Shown piece after piece: positions 51,326-63,310 of a stretch of 64,000 nt of DNA. The notes under the pieces are model-generated. The model was not told the DNA's origin and searched no databases. It saw nothing but the letters and a program-made list of their open reading frames with translations. The stretch covers positions 29,345,415 to 29,409,414 of the forward strand of contig JARFYF010000017.1 of NCBI GenBank assembly GCA_030265395.1. The letters are read 5' to 3'. Numbering within the stretch: position 1 is the first letter of the stretch; every line of letters begins with the position of its first letter. The translations under genes were made by a program, and so were the position numbers. This DNA comes from Rhina ancylostomus (taxonomy: Eukaryota).

Positions 51326-54139
51326 GGATATACAAACCACATGAAATTAGTGGGTCAGATGTTTATGGGGAAATACTGGCAGATAATCATGTAATTGTTG
51401 TCATTTACTCGTGTAACTGACGTGAATTTGTATTTCTACACTCTCATGGAAATCCTTAGGTTGCTGCTAGCTGTTCACATTTGTTTTCAAGAATGCATCC
51501 CAACATTAGGTACTCGTAGTGTCTAGTGACAGAGCACAAATTGCAACAGTTCCCCGATACCTGTGCAGGGGAATCCACCCAACTAACCTATGCCAATTAG
51601 ACTTGGTACAGAAATGGCATCTCCATTCATCTGATTGGAGAGAATTTGTGAAGGGGATAAAGGTAACCTAATGAAGCAATTGGCCTTTTTCTAACTATAT
51701 TGGTTCAATCTCCCATGGCATTATACGCATGGATTCAACCACATCTACGTGTGTAGGCCAAACAGAGCTAGACTGAGGAACTTTATTTGACCAAATTAGT
51801 GGACGTCAGACGAAGATGTAAAGTGAGTGGAGAAAGTGACAAGAGGAAGTTAGGAAATGTAACTTGAGAAAGTTCAATACAGGAGGAAGGATGCAAAAAA
51901 ATCAGAGGGGGATGGAAAAAGAGGGAGTGTTAACATGAAACCACCTTAGCAGAGGCTGAATCGTGATTGTAAATTCTTTCTGCAAGTGAAGGTTGCCAGA
52001 GAAGAAAAGGTCATCTAATTGAAACGTGCAAGATTCTTACAAGCTTGACTGGATGGTGTTTCCACTTGCTGAGCTCTTTAGAACCAGTAGTCAAAGTCCG
52101 AAACAGAGTGGGCCATGCAGGGTATTGATGAGTTCTTCATGTGGAGTGTAGTGAACCTTTTATAATTAGTTATTAATAGAATCAAGTGGTATGACATTTG
52201 TGAAGTGCTGCTAAGGTAACAGGAGTAGGTGCAAAGGGCCAAGCTCTCAGAAACATGATTGTAATAGTCAAGCATGTGCAGTATAGCATGAGTTCTGGTA
52301 TTCTTTTTTGTCACTATAGGTATCATAATTTTAGCCATAGTGACAAGGCACACCTTTTATTTCCAATTATACAAACGTCCCATGTGCTGAATTTAATGTA
52401 CATTTAGTCGATCTGTAGGTTTATGCACACAGATTAAATGTTTCAAGGCCTTCAAAATGGAGTGCATCAGCAATTATTGGCAAGAAAAGCAGAGTTAAAT
52501 ATTTGCAATGTGTTTTTATTAATTTGTAAATCTGCTGTGTGCAAAACAATACAATATATTAAAGGTAACTTCAACATTTATTTCTACATTTTGTACTTTA
52601 CACTAGATAAAATCAGTGAACAAGCTGTCAGTTTGCTGCATGGAAGGTGGTAATGATGAATTAACTGGTACTCCAGAGGAGTTGCTTTAAACTGATCTGT
52701 GTTAATTATAGGGATGGACAGGGATAGTTTTGCCAGAACATTTTGCTGAGTGAATTTCAAAATAAGACATTCATGTTTCTGTTCACTGAAGGGGTGTCAA
52801 GAGATTAATAGCTGTCATAAATGTTCACATCAAAGTAAGTGATACCTTTATACTTCAAATGTCTTGTTGGCATTAACAAAAGTTCCTGTGTGTTCTTAAG
52901 ACTTTGATGCAATATAGTGCACTTAGTAAACTTTTTTAATGTGTATTCTTAAATATCTTCTTCCTTGGGTCTTGTGTAACAAACAATCCCTCACCAGCTA
53001 GGCTGTTATCTGCCAAAATCACCTTGATACTGCAAAGAGGGTAAACTGCAACCCCTTCCCAATTTCACCTCTGCCCCACTTCTGTTCCCTTCATGAAGAC
53101 ACCTGACATGACATTTCCTATGATTCAGCTGCATATTTGGCATTAAGTTGATAACTCACCTTGTGTTATACCAGAGGTGAATATGAACACTTTGAACGAC
53201 TGGGTTTTGGCTCTTATAACACTCCAGACTTCAGTTCCTGCTATGCAGCAAGAGATATGCACCGGCCTATTGACCCTTGTTGGATGATGATGATGTTACT
53301 ATTAGGACTTTGATGAAATGGGATTGCGCTCTAAAAGAGGCACTCCAGTGACAGTAACCAGGGTAGAAGCAAGTTTAAGCTAGCTTCTATTTCCAAGTAC
53401 TGTAGGACTGGAACTTTCTTTGCTCCCTGCTCAGTAATCATCAAGTGCATTCATTGGAAAGAATACAAAAGTTAGCCTCTTTAGCATGTTCTGGTCTTGT
53501 ACATGAATTCTGTAGCCACAAAATATACATTGTAATGGGCTAAAAGCTGAGTGTTCTCTCCTGCTCTTTTCGAGCAGGGCTGAAGGAACGAGTCTTTCTG
53601 AAAGGGATTTTGGCTGCTGAACCCTGTGCCCAGGGAACCTCAAGGAAGACCAGATTCTGCATAGAATGCATTTATCTTCAGCGATCCTCATAATCCTTCC
53701 CACCCTTAATGAAATGAATCCTTTCTCAAAAATATATGTGCTGGCCATTTTCAGTTTGTAGGTTATGCAAGCAGCACAATTATGTTGTATTGTTGTCTTT
53801 ATCACTGCAGCCGTACCCCTACCTCAGCTCAAGCACAAAGACAGGATGATGAGTAGTAGGAGTCAGAATTGGAGGAGGTTGAGGAGCATGTGGAAAGGAA
53901 GAATGGTTTGCATAATTGTCTCTAACTTTGCTAATTACTGGATTCAATACTGGCAGAGCAAAGGAATAATACAAAAGACTATTAGGTTTCATCAAATGAG
54001 GAAACACACTTGGCAATAGTGAGCAGCCGTCGGGGAAGAGTCATCTGGAGGCAGAGTCTATGCATCAACACTGACCTGGAGAACTAATGATAGGAAAGCA
54101 TTTAAAGAAAGCTGGTGCTGATAAAAATGAATTTTTAAT

Positions 54140-54960
54140 TAATTTTTCCAAGATGTGGGTATCACTAGCAAGGCTAGCATTTATTGCTCATTCCTATTGC
54201 CCTTAGAAAGGTAAGGGTAAACCACCCTCTTGAACCACTGCCATTGTTCTGACAAAGGTGCTCCCACCATGTTGTTAGATAGGTAGTTCCAGGATTTAGT
54301 CCATCAATGATGAAGGAAATGTGATATTTTTCTAAGCCAAGCTGGTATACAACTTGGAGGGAATCAGCAATGGTAATGTTTTCCATACACCTGCTCCTTC
54401 TTGGTAGTACACATTCTGGACTTGGGAGTTCTATATGAGTAGTCTGGGTAAGTAACTGCAATGCATCTTGTAGGTGGTACACACTGCAGCCACTGTGTAC
54501 CAGTGGTGAAGCGAATGAATGTTTAAGAATGTGGATGGGGGTACAAAACAATTGGCTGCTTTGTCATAGATAGTGTGGAATTTCTTGAGTGCTGTTGGAG
54601 CTGTATCCACCAGGCAAGTGGAGAGTATTCTATAATGGACTGATCCATGCCTTATAGCTGTTGGAAAGGCTTTAGTGTGTCATGAACTAATTCACTCACC
54701 ACAGGATGCCCAACCTCTGATCTGCTTTGGTTACCACAGTATCTATGTGACTTATCCAGTTAAGTTTCTTGCCAATGATGATACCCAGAAGTGTGATCAT
54801 GGGGGTGATGGTAATGACATTGAATATCATTAGCAGATGGGGGAACTGTCATTTTACACATGACCATTGCTTGGTACCTGGTCATCCACAAGTGGATTGG
54901 GTCTAACATTTGTGTATTCTGGGTCACAGTATTCCAGTGGCAATTCAGACCTTGAATATG
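54140..54960 (-). mobile_element. CR1-group family B LINE 3' part
   Basis: 'gatgtgggtatcactagcaaggctagcatttattgctcattcc' is colinear with 37410-38700. Confidence 0.8.
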
Positions 54961-55979
54961 CTGCCCTTGCATAGGATGTCAGCATGGTTTTTCCTGCCTC
55001 TAGCTCTTTGACATTACTCTCGCAGATCCCCACAACCATCTGTACCAAGCTGCAGCAACCCATGGTGGAACTGTCCAATTTTAAAGGGAGCACTTGTAGT
55101 ACAAAAGCTCACCATATTTTTCCAGCATGGACATCCATAGGTAATGACCTGGTGGCAGCCACAAGAAGTTTACAGCAAGGCAGGAATGGACCAGCAAAGC
55201 CAAACAGGAAGGCAATCACAAAGGAAAGCACTGGGGTATTTAATAACTTTATTTTTAGTTTATATTTTTTTCTGTGTTTCAGGCAAAATTCTTTGATTCA
55301 AACATTCAGCTGTCAGTAATCTGATGGTAGAGCCCATACAGAAATGTCCATTTTCATGAAAAATGAACTTGTGCATTTTTTTAATTGTGCTCCTCATTGT
55401 AATTAGAATCCTCAATCAGCTTTGACAACATGGAAGGAGTTCAGAACTCATTGTGACACAGGTGCAAATTCACGTTTCCACTCCCCTTAATAAAAGAGAA
55501 GGCAGTATAACAGTTTAAAAGGAATCACGTTAACAATACATTTAGAGTGCACATATAGCTTTAGGATCACAACCTCCTCGGAAAATGTATGTTTAGTGAT
55601 CCTAAAGCTGGTATGAAGAGTTGAACAATGAAAATTTAATTCAGAGTAGCATACAGTATTCATTGCAGGGTAATTGACTGATGAATGTAGTAAAATCCAA
55701 GCATGTTCACCCGTCATAACCACAGGGGCCGAAACAACCAACTGATTCAAACAAATAATTACCTTAAGGACTGTGTTGTTATCCCTTTGGGATCGGGGGA
55801 TCCGGCTGGATCCCCCAATCCCAAAGGAAGCATTGCTCATGGAATGACGTCACTTGATGCATGCATGTTGCTGAAGTCGTGTTAGACCCACACACTCAAT
55901 TCATACCAAGAAGTCACATTTCCATAGTGAAATGAACTGGACCTGTTTTTGTCATATTTCATTCTGTACAAGGTGAATT

Positions 55980-56125
55980 GGTAAATTGGTTTCTTATTGT
56001 CACGTGAAGAAAAATCTTTGTTTTGCATGTCATTTATATAGATCATTTCATTACAACAGTGCATTGATGTAGTCCAAGGGAAACCAATAACAAAATGGAG
56101 AATGAAGTGTAGTAATTCTTACAGT
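55980..56125 (-). mobile_element. Rex1-type tail fragment
   Basis: 'attggtttcttattgtcacg...gatcatttcattacaacagtgcattga' is the reverse of 39060-39200. Confidence 0.65.
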
Positions 56126-56857
56126 CCTAGAGTTTGGATTTAAAAGAAGTAGAACGATTATAATAGAAGTAATGAATAGATCTGCAAAGAGCAGCTTGCA
56201 TCGAATCACCACACTCTGGCTCCATTTTGCCTGTAAAAAAAAAAATAAATTTCAGTCATGCAGCTCTGAAGTATACAGTGGTACACAGTCATCTTTCTAA
56301 GTCCTCAAGTCCTGTGTTGGAACACTTGAATGGGTTTCTTTCTAGCTCTAAATTTTACCAAGAGACTATAATATCAGTGTCTCATGTGCCATCGTGAGTA
56401 TATTCAGATATGTTGAGTGTAGCCTCAGTGAACACAAGGTTCTGCTTTCTTTTTGTCAGCCAAGTGTGGAGTTCATTAGCTCTGAGGCAGATTCGGGTAG
56501 TTCTAGTGATTCAGTAACAAATTTCAAAGGAAAGGAAGTTTCTTAAATAAATTTTATCCCACGAAGATATTCAGCTAGCTTACCTACTTATTATGACACA
56601 GGAGTTCCAGCAAGTGCATCAGCTCCATGTTGGCTCTGAGGGGAGCAGTTGCATTTGTCCCATTCTCCCTCTCATTATTTCCCTGTAGCCATGCAAATTG
56701 TTCAAATAGACATTATCCCTATATGTGACTCACAATTTACCCATTGTAGTTAATAATAGCATTAATTCTAACAACTGTATCATAGAAATCTTATGATTCA
56801 GCTACCAGTGATAATGCTACTGCAGACACAACTGTCAAAGTAGATACCTCCCAGGCT

Positions 56858-57010
56858 GTTGCACCTTCGCTCCATCTGCCATAACAGCCAGGATCTCCTG
56901 GTGGCCAGCCATTTTAATTCTACTTCCCATTCCCATACTGATATGTCTGTCCGTGGACTTCTCTGTTGCCACGTTTAGGCTAGACGCAGATTTGAGGAAC
57001 AACACCTCAT
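56858..57010 (+). mobile_element. Penelope GIY-YIG C-terminal fragment
   Basis: Reads HLRSICHNSQDLLVASHFNSTSHSHTDMSVRGLLCCH...RRRFEEQHLI. It abuts a Rex1 fragment at 57010-57060 (QRVVDTAQSIT). Confidence 0.8.
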
Positions 57011-57469
57011 AGCAGAGAGTTGTGGACACAGCCCAGAGCATCACAGACACCAGACTCCCCNNNNNNNNNNNNNNNNNNNNNNNNNNNNNNNNNNNNNNNN
57101 NNNNNNNNNNNNNNNNNNNNNNNNNNNNNNNNNNNNNNNNNNNNNNNNNNNNNNNNNNNNAGTATCTGCACTTTGACTTCAAAATAGCTGCTCTTAAAAT
57201 GGACACTCTGGCTAGAACTTACCATCCTTGACTATCCCACTTGGTCCGCTGATGGGAACAAATCTGAGGCAATCCCATCAAAGTGATCACCTTTTTTATG
57301 GAAGTACCGCCCCGATTGGAAACACAGCTCCCCCTCCTCTATTACCCCCACCTCCCCTTATGGGACCTCCCAACACGTATCACCTGACACAATTCCTTTG
57401 GCCATGGCCCTGCCAGCTGATCAACATCGTTCTGCAGTCGAAGGCTCCTCAGTGTCAAACACCACCATT

Positions 57470-58033
57470 CTCCTGTCAGAGTCAGACGGCACAGAAACAG
57501 GTCCTTTGGCCCACCATCTCCATGCTGACCTTTATGCCCATCTACACTGATTGTATTTGCCTGCAGTAGGCCTGTATCCTTCTCTATCTTGCTTGTAGTG
57601 TCTGTCTCAGCGACTGCATCTGATTCCACCCCCTCCTCTGGCAGTGAGTCCCAGGTACCACCCACACTGTGTAAAACCGTCCCCCTCAGATCTCAACCTC
57701 CTTCCCCTCACCTTAAACCTCCCTCCTCTTGTATTTGATACTCCAACCTTGGGGCAAAGATTCTGACTGTTTACCCTATCTGTGGCAAATCACATCAGGT
57801 CAAGGGGAGTTATTGTCCTATGTACTAGTCCGGTGAGGTCCAGGTACAATGAAACACTGGCAGCAGGCAGGTTCAGACAACACACAGAATATAAATTATA
57901 CATAAATAAACACATAAATTATATGTCTCTCTCTGGTCACCTCTTAGCCTCCTTCTCTCCAGGGAAACCAGTCCCAGCCTGTCCAGCCTCTCCCCATAAC
58001 TAAAGGCTTCCAACCCAGGCAACGTCCTGGTGA
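57470..58033 (-). mobile_element. CR1 3' end with an internal insert at ~57785-57923
   Basis: 'cagaaacaggtcctttggcccacc...caccttaaacct...ctctccagggaaacc...caggcaacgtcctggtgaa' is colinear with 50010-50590. Confidence 0.8.
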
Positions 58034-58260
58034 AACACACACAAGGTGCTGCAGGAACTCAGCAGGTCAGGCAGCATCTACGGAGGGAATAAACGGTCGA
58101 CATTTGGGGCCGAGACCCTTCATCAGGACTGGAGATTGGGACCCGAAACGTTGACTGTTTATTTCCCTCCATGGATGCTGCCTGACCTGCCGAGTTCCTC
58201 CAGCATTTTCTTTTGTGTATTGCTCCAGATTTTTAGCATCTGCAGTCTCTCTTGTACCTC
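58034..58260. mobile_element. Penelope-derived fold-back (inverted pseudo-LTR pair)
   Basis: Left arm 'gctgcaggaactcagcaggtcaggcagcatctacggagggaataaacggtcgacattt' is the reverse complement of the right arm 'gaaacgttgactgtttatttccctccatggatgctgcctgacctgccgagttcctccagc'. Confidence 0.85.
58094..58132 (-). ncRNA. Minimal type I hammerhead ribozyme motif (PLE-associated), probably degenerate
   Basis: Minus strand reads CCAGUC-CUGAUGA-AGGGUCUCGGCCC-(C)AAA-UGUC-GACCG. It shows the CUGAUGA core, a GGG/CCC stem II and a stem I GUC/GAC. The GAAAC box is mutated to CAAAU. Confidence 0.6.
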
Positions 58261-58399
58261 CCAGGATTCTTTAAAGTGACTGTGTGATGCAGTACTTGTT
58301 GGTTGGTAATGGGACAAAGCAGATTTGCAATAGTGCTAAATTATTTTAGGGAGTCTTCACTGATGGGTCCACTGAAACTTTGAACAATATAAATATAAA

Positions 58400-58960
58400 A
58401 AGGCTCTTCATGTATCTGACATTTTGGGGATTATCATTCCTTGAATTGTACAGTAATACTGTGCCCCTCTGAGCAGACTCTCCTTGATCACTCTTGTGTG
58501 TTGCTCCTCCATATAACATCCACCGGAGATGAAAATAACTTGTTGGCTCTGCTCAATCCTATTGTTCTTCTCAAGAAGTTCTTCATTACAGGTTCGAGCA
58601 CTTTCCCTACCACTGATGTGAGGCTAACAAGTAGGTAGTTCCCTGTTTTCTCTCTCCTTCCTTTCTTGACTTCAGGGTGGGGGTGTGATTACATTGCTAC
58701 CCTCCAGTCAAGAGGAACAATTCCAGAAACTACACTACTTTAGAAGTTAATCAGAGCATCTGTAATCCTTTTAAAGCCATCTATTTCGAAAGGCATCAGG
58801 TCTCTGGAATTTACCAGTGTTCAAGCTCAACAACATCTTCAGTACAATATTTTGACTGATATTTAGTTCCTGTAGTTCCTCAGTCATACGGGACCCTTGA
58901 TACTCTATCTGGCAAGTTTTAGATCTGTTCTGTGAAGATTGACACAATATTCTCTGCTTA
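58400..58960 (-). mobile_element. Decayed CR1 RT fragment
   Basis: 'ttccctaccactgatgtgaggctaac..gtag.tagttccctg' is the reverse of the CR1 GNY.PVSLTSVVGK motif. Confidence 0.7.
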
Positions 58961-59193
58961 TGGAAAAGTAGGAGAAATTTCTCCTTAAGCATAGTACATC
59001 AGTGACCTCTGTAATGATGGATTGAGCAGCAAATCACAATATTAGGTACAGCCACCTGGAATAAACAGAGGTGGTGCATAGTTGATAGGCTGGATATTCC
59101 TTGCATTTGGCCCCTATGCTTACCAATGTAGCACAGACCCATTTATTTGAATGAGGTCACTACTTTGGATGGGAAAGGTAAATAATGTGAAGT

Positions 59194-59460
59194 TTGGGGC
59201 GGCACGGTAGCGTATTGGGGCGGCACGGTAGCGTAGTGGTTAGCACGATGCTATTACAGCGCTAGCGACCCGGGTTCGATTCCTGCTGCTGCCTGTAAGG
59301 AGTTTGTACATTCTCCTGTGTCTACGTGGGTTTCCTCCGGATGCTCCAGTTTCCTCCCACATTCCAAAGACGTAAGGGTAGGTTAATTTGGGGTTTAAAA
59401 TGGGCAGCGCGGACTCGTTGGGCCTGTTACTATGCTGTAAATAAAATTTAAAAATTTAAA
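59194..59460 (+). mobile_element. Young tRNA-derived V-domain/HE1-type SINE
   Basis: Pol III box A TAGCGTAGTGG (59229-59239), box B GGTTCGATTCC (59273-59283), V-like core 'gtgggtttcctccggatgctccagtttcctcccacattccaaagacg', CR1-like tail and AT-rich end. Confidence 0.88.
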
Positions 59461-62375
59461 TTTATTAATTAATTTGCTTCATGTTAATTATTTAAATTTA
59501 CTTCAGCTGTTCTGTTGCTAATTATAGAAACATATTGCAACAGTTGAAAAGACTTTAAAGCAAGACCATTATGCAGAGCAGGATGGACCCTTGAGACCTG
59601 CCATCTGAGGCCTAGTACATGTGGAGGAGATGCTCTGAGTCAGAAAACCCTAGCAGTACCCATGTAAGGAAGTTCCAGGTTTTGAAATGGCAACAGGTCA
59701 ATGGGAGTAAGTTTCAGAATGAACAAATAGACAGCTGAGAGCTCAAGTAGCAAAGTGCAGAAAGTGTGATTATTACAAAGCAAGAGCACAATAAAAATCT
59801 GGACGGGTTGAGACGGCTGACAATAGAGGCACTGTAGAATAATATGAAAGTGTCTAAAACAGTGTTGCGTGAGAAATGACATTATTACATGTGCACCACA
59901 AATGAAAAATAGATCATCAATGCCTGACTTACACAGGAAGTGCCTGAATAAATTCCCTAAGGACACGAAATGCCCTGGCAACCATTGTTATTATGTTGTA
60001 TTCTGAGTGTAGTAATTTTTGTACATGTTGTTTGATAAATATTCTAGGTCATAATGTCTTCAAAGAATCAATGGAAATATATTTCTGTTTTAAAATAACT
60101 TCATCGTATTACTCTTTTTTTTAACAGAAAATTTTGGTGGTTGATTTGTATCTTTGATGGGAGATAATGCTGGTCTTACTAGCAATCCCCACATTCCATA
60201 AATGAATTTTTTAAAAAAATTGAAACTTTACTCCTTTAAGTAGGACATCAGATTAGCCAAAGTACAAATCTGAAGCTTGATAAATGTTGTGGTGATTTTG
60301 TTTTGTGTAAAGATTGAAAGTAAAATTATTACAGAAATTTCAATTTTAGGGCTCTGGGTTTTGTGAAGGAAAAGTATTGTATTCCTAACTGTCCATACAA
60401 ATTCTTCTAAATATAGTCTTTTGAAATGTCAGTTTTATTTTTATAAATATTGCATATTTTAGTAGCTAATCACATTAAATAAATTTACCCAACAGAATAC
60501 TGAGATTCTGATTCTGGAACCTCCTTGAGATCTTGAGCAGTTATCAGCTGAGTAACTTTAACCTTTTCACTGGTGCAGACCTATATTTAGGTTTGTACAT
60601 GCTGCACCCTAGGCAATATCTACTTATATTTCTGCTTGCACTGCTCTTTTTTTTTCCAAACAACAACATTTACAGCTGTATAATGTGCAGTGCCTGGAAC
60701 AATTGCAGTCCATGTAAAATTTACTGAAGAACGTTTAAAAAAAATCTTACCTGTTTGAATGTGTAACTCGCCTTATAATGCAGAATAGTAGTTAATGTAG
60801 AAGCAAATCCTTATGTTNNNNNNNNNNNNNNNNNNNNNNNNNNNNNNNNNNNNNNNNNNNNNNNNNNNNNNNNNNNNNNNNNNNNNNNNNNNNNNNNNNN
60901 NNNNNNNNNNNNNNNNNCCTTATGTTTGTAACTGATTCTTCCACATCTCAATTTTACTCCTACTTGTGCAACTTTTGACAATAAAAGATGTGCATTTTGT
61001 TTAGAATAAGACAATTATCTGTAGGCTGAATTCATCTCCATTCCAAAAATAAACTGCATTACATTTGATTATGTGCTATATGAGTCATTTAGGCTTCAGG
61101 CTTCTTATTTGAATAAGTGGAACCTGTGTTAATGTCACTGTGAAACTTTTTTTAATGTTTATGTTATAACAGTGCATATTTATTTGGCTGTTTGTTCTGA
61201 AATGATCCATTTTCCCAGCAACTTGATTAAAGTATGTAGTTCAAGACTTGAAATATTGAAAGCTGCTTGTTAAATTGTATTTTTTTAAATTATTGAATAT
61301 ACAATAAAATGAATAGCTTAGTAGAAATGATACAATTTAGTTTATGTTACATATTTAAATTTGTGCAAATATGACCTGTACCAGCACAGGATGTATGGTT
61401 TCTCTGATTTTTCTCTTCTGAGTTCATATTTAAATAATTGAAGAAACTATGTGGCTATAATCTTTTACTTTTGTAAAAGGATAAAGATTAGACTTGCAAA
61501 AGAATGGAGCCTAGATTTCTGACTGGAAAACAAAACTGTTTGGAAAACAAATTTGAGCTAAGGAGATAGAAAAGAGTAAAGTGCCTACTAAAGGATTAAA
61601 TCAAGATAATTAAAGGCAAACAACAATAAAGCATTAAGTACAAAAGTAACACCTGAGCCAGAGCAGGGGGAATTCAAATCAGTCTCAAAACTTGAAGTAT
61701 GAAAGTCCCAAGGTCAAGTATAGCATCTGCAAAATATAATGTTGTCTTTGAGCAAAACTCAACAGCAGCCTCTACTGTCATCTGAATTTAAAAAGAATTA
61801 GTGAGTCTATGAAGGTCAAGTATTTCCAATAAGAATGCTGCATTTTGCTGGTGGCAATTATGCAAAATAATTTGTGCATCACCTCTTAATTTGAAGACCA
61901 TTTGCCTCATCAGATAAGTAAGCATAGCAGTTTCTTCCTGGAAATTTGAAGTACATTTATAAAGCTGCCTCTATGCACATCAAAATGTTGCTGTAAATGG
62001 GCAGGCATCAGTATTTTAATCTAAATTTTGAAATCTGCACCTTGGGTGTACATATAAAAAAAATCCATTTCTGATTATATCAGTTGGCAAAATCTCAAAA
62101 TAATCACTTCCTTGATGTTTGTCAGATCTACCTTGTCATTGACTTCACCTGGATGCATTAATAAATTCAACTCTGTAAAACCAAATGGACTAGTACATAG
62201 TGCTCCCCAATGTACCTTTCATTACATTCATTTACTTGTGATTAATTCCAAATGAAGTATTCCTTTTGTCTAATGGAACATATGTTATTTTGTGCTCCAC
62301 TGCAACTCACATCCTGTGTCATAGGCTTTGTCATCGTCTAATAACTTGAAGAAGTTTTTGACAATAATCAACATG

Positions 62376-62735
62376 TATTGGTTTATTATTGTCACTTGTA
62401 CCAAGGTACAGTGAAAAGCTTGTCTTACAAACTGATCATACGGGTCAATTCATTACACAGTGCAGTTTCATTGAGTTAATACAAAGTGCATTGATGTATT
62501 ACAAGTAAAAACAGTAACGGTGCAAAGTAAAGTGTCACAGCCACAGAGAAAGTGCAGTGCAATAAGGTGCAAGGTCACAACAAGGTAGATTGTGCGGTCA
62601 TAGTCCATCTCATTGTGTAAGGAACTGTTCAATTGTCTTATCACAGTCGGGTAGAAGCTGTCCTTAAGTCTGGTGGTACGTGTCCCCAGGCACCTGTATC
62701 TTCTACCCGATGAAAGAGGAGAGAAGAGAGAATGT
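62376..62735 (-). mobile_element. Rex1 3' end
   Basis: 'gtattggtttattattgtcacttgtaccaaggtacagtgaaaag' tail. The reverse strand near 62650-62730 reads like SPLSSGRRYRCL..RTTRLKDSFYP. Confidence 0.82.
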
Positions 62736-62829
62736 ACTTTTGAAGGAGAGAAATGTGCTTTAAAGAAAGGCAGATCTTACTTCCTGCCTCTCCACAATAT
62801 TTTCCTTAAGTTAATGACTTCGTATTGCA

Positions 62830-63310
62830 GCGGCAGGTTTTGCCAGCATTTAAAGCAGTATGATTTTTTTTTAGTGTTTGGCTATGGTTTGTAGAGGAGA
62901 TGACTTAGAGTGGGGAATGCAGTATGCTGAATTGAAAGAAGTGCAAGTTAATGTTTCACTTAGAAAGGCTGTTTGGGGCTATGGACAACGGGAAGAGAAA
63001 GAAGGGTGGGTGTTGCACCTACAGAAATTGAGTGAGAAGATGTGTATAGTTGAGTTTGATGCTATTTAAATTGTAGAATGAAGGGAAAGATGTTTCTAAT
63101 GGTTACATCACACTTGAGGAGCTAGGAATGGCAAAGGATGATCCTTTGAATCTGTAGTTGGTTGAATGAAAAATGAGGTCAAAGAGGATTTCAAAGTGAT
63201 TATTCTAGTGGACACAGATTACTTCCATATCCAAATCCGTCATTCCCATCTCTGAAATATTTTCAGGGAGAGATGAATCTTTTTGACTGTAGCATGAATG
63301 GTCTTAAGTC
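62830..63310 (-). mobile_element. Decayed Penelope ORF fragment (Zn-knuckle/GIY-YIG region)
   Basis: Reverse strand 'tgtaggtgcaacacc...ccccaaacagcctttc.aagtgaaaca..acttgcacttctttcaatt..gcatactgcatt' parallels RCNTC...PKQ.FQVK..FTCTSFN..YCI. Confidence 0.6.

Noticed and set aside
59215-59290. tRNA-like sequence
   Set aside because: It is a SINE head continuing into a V-domain core and tail, with no complete cloverleaf or Pol III terminator.
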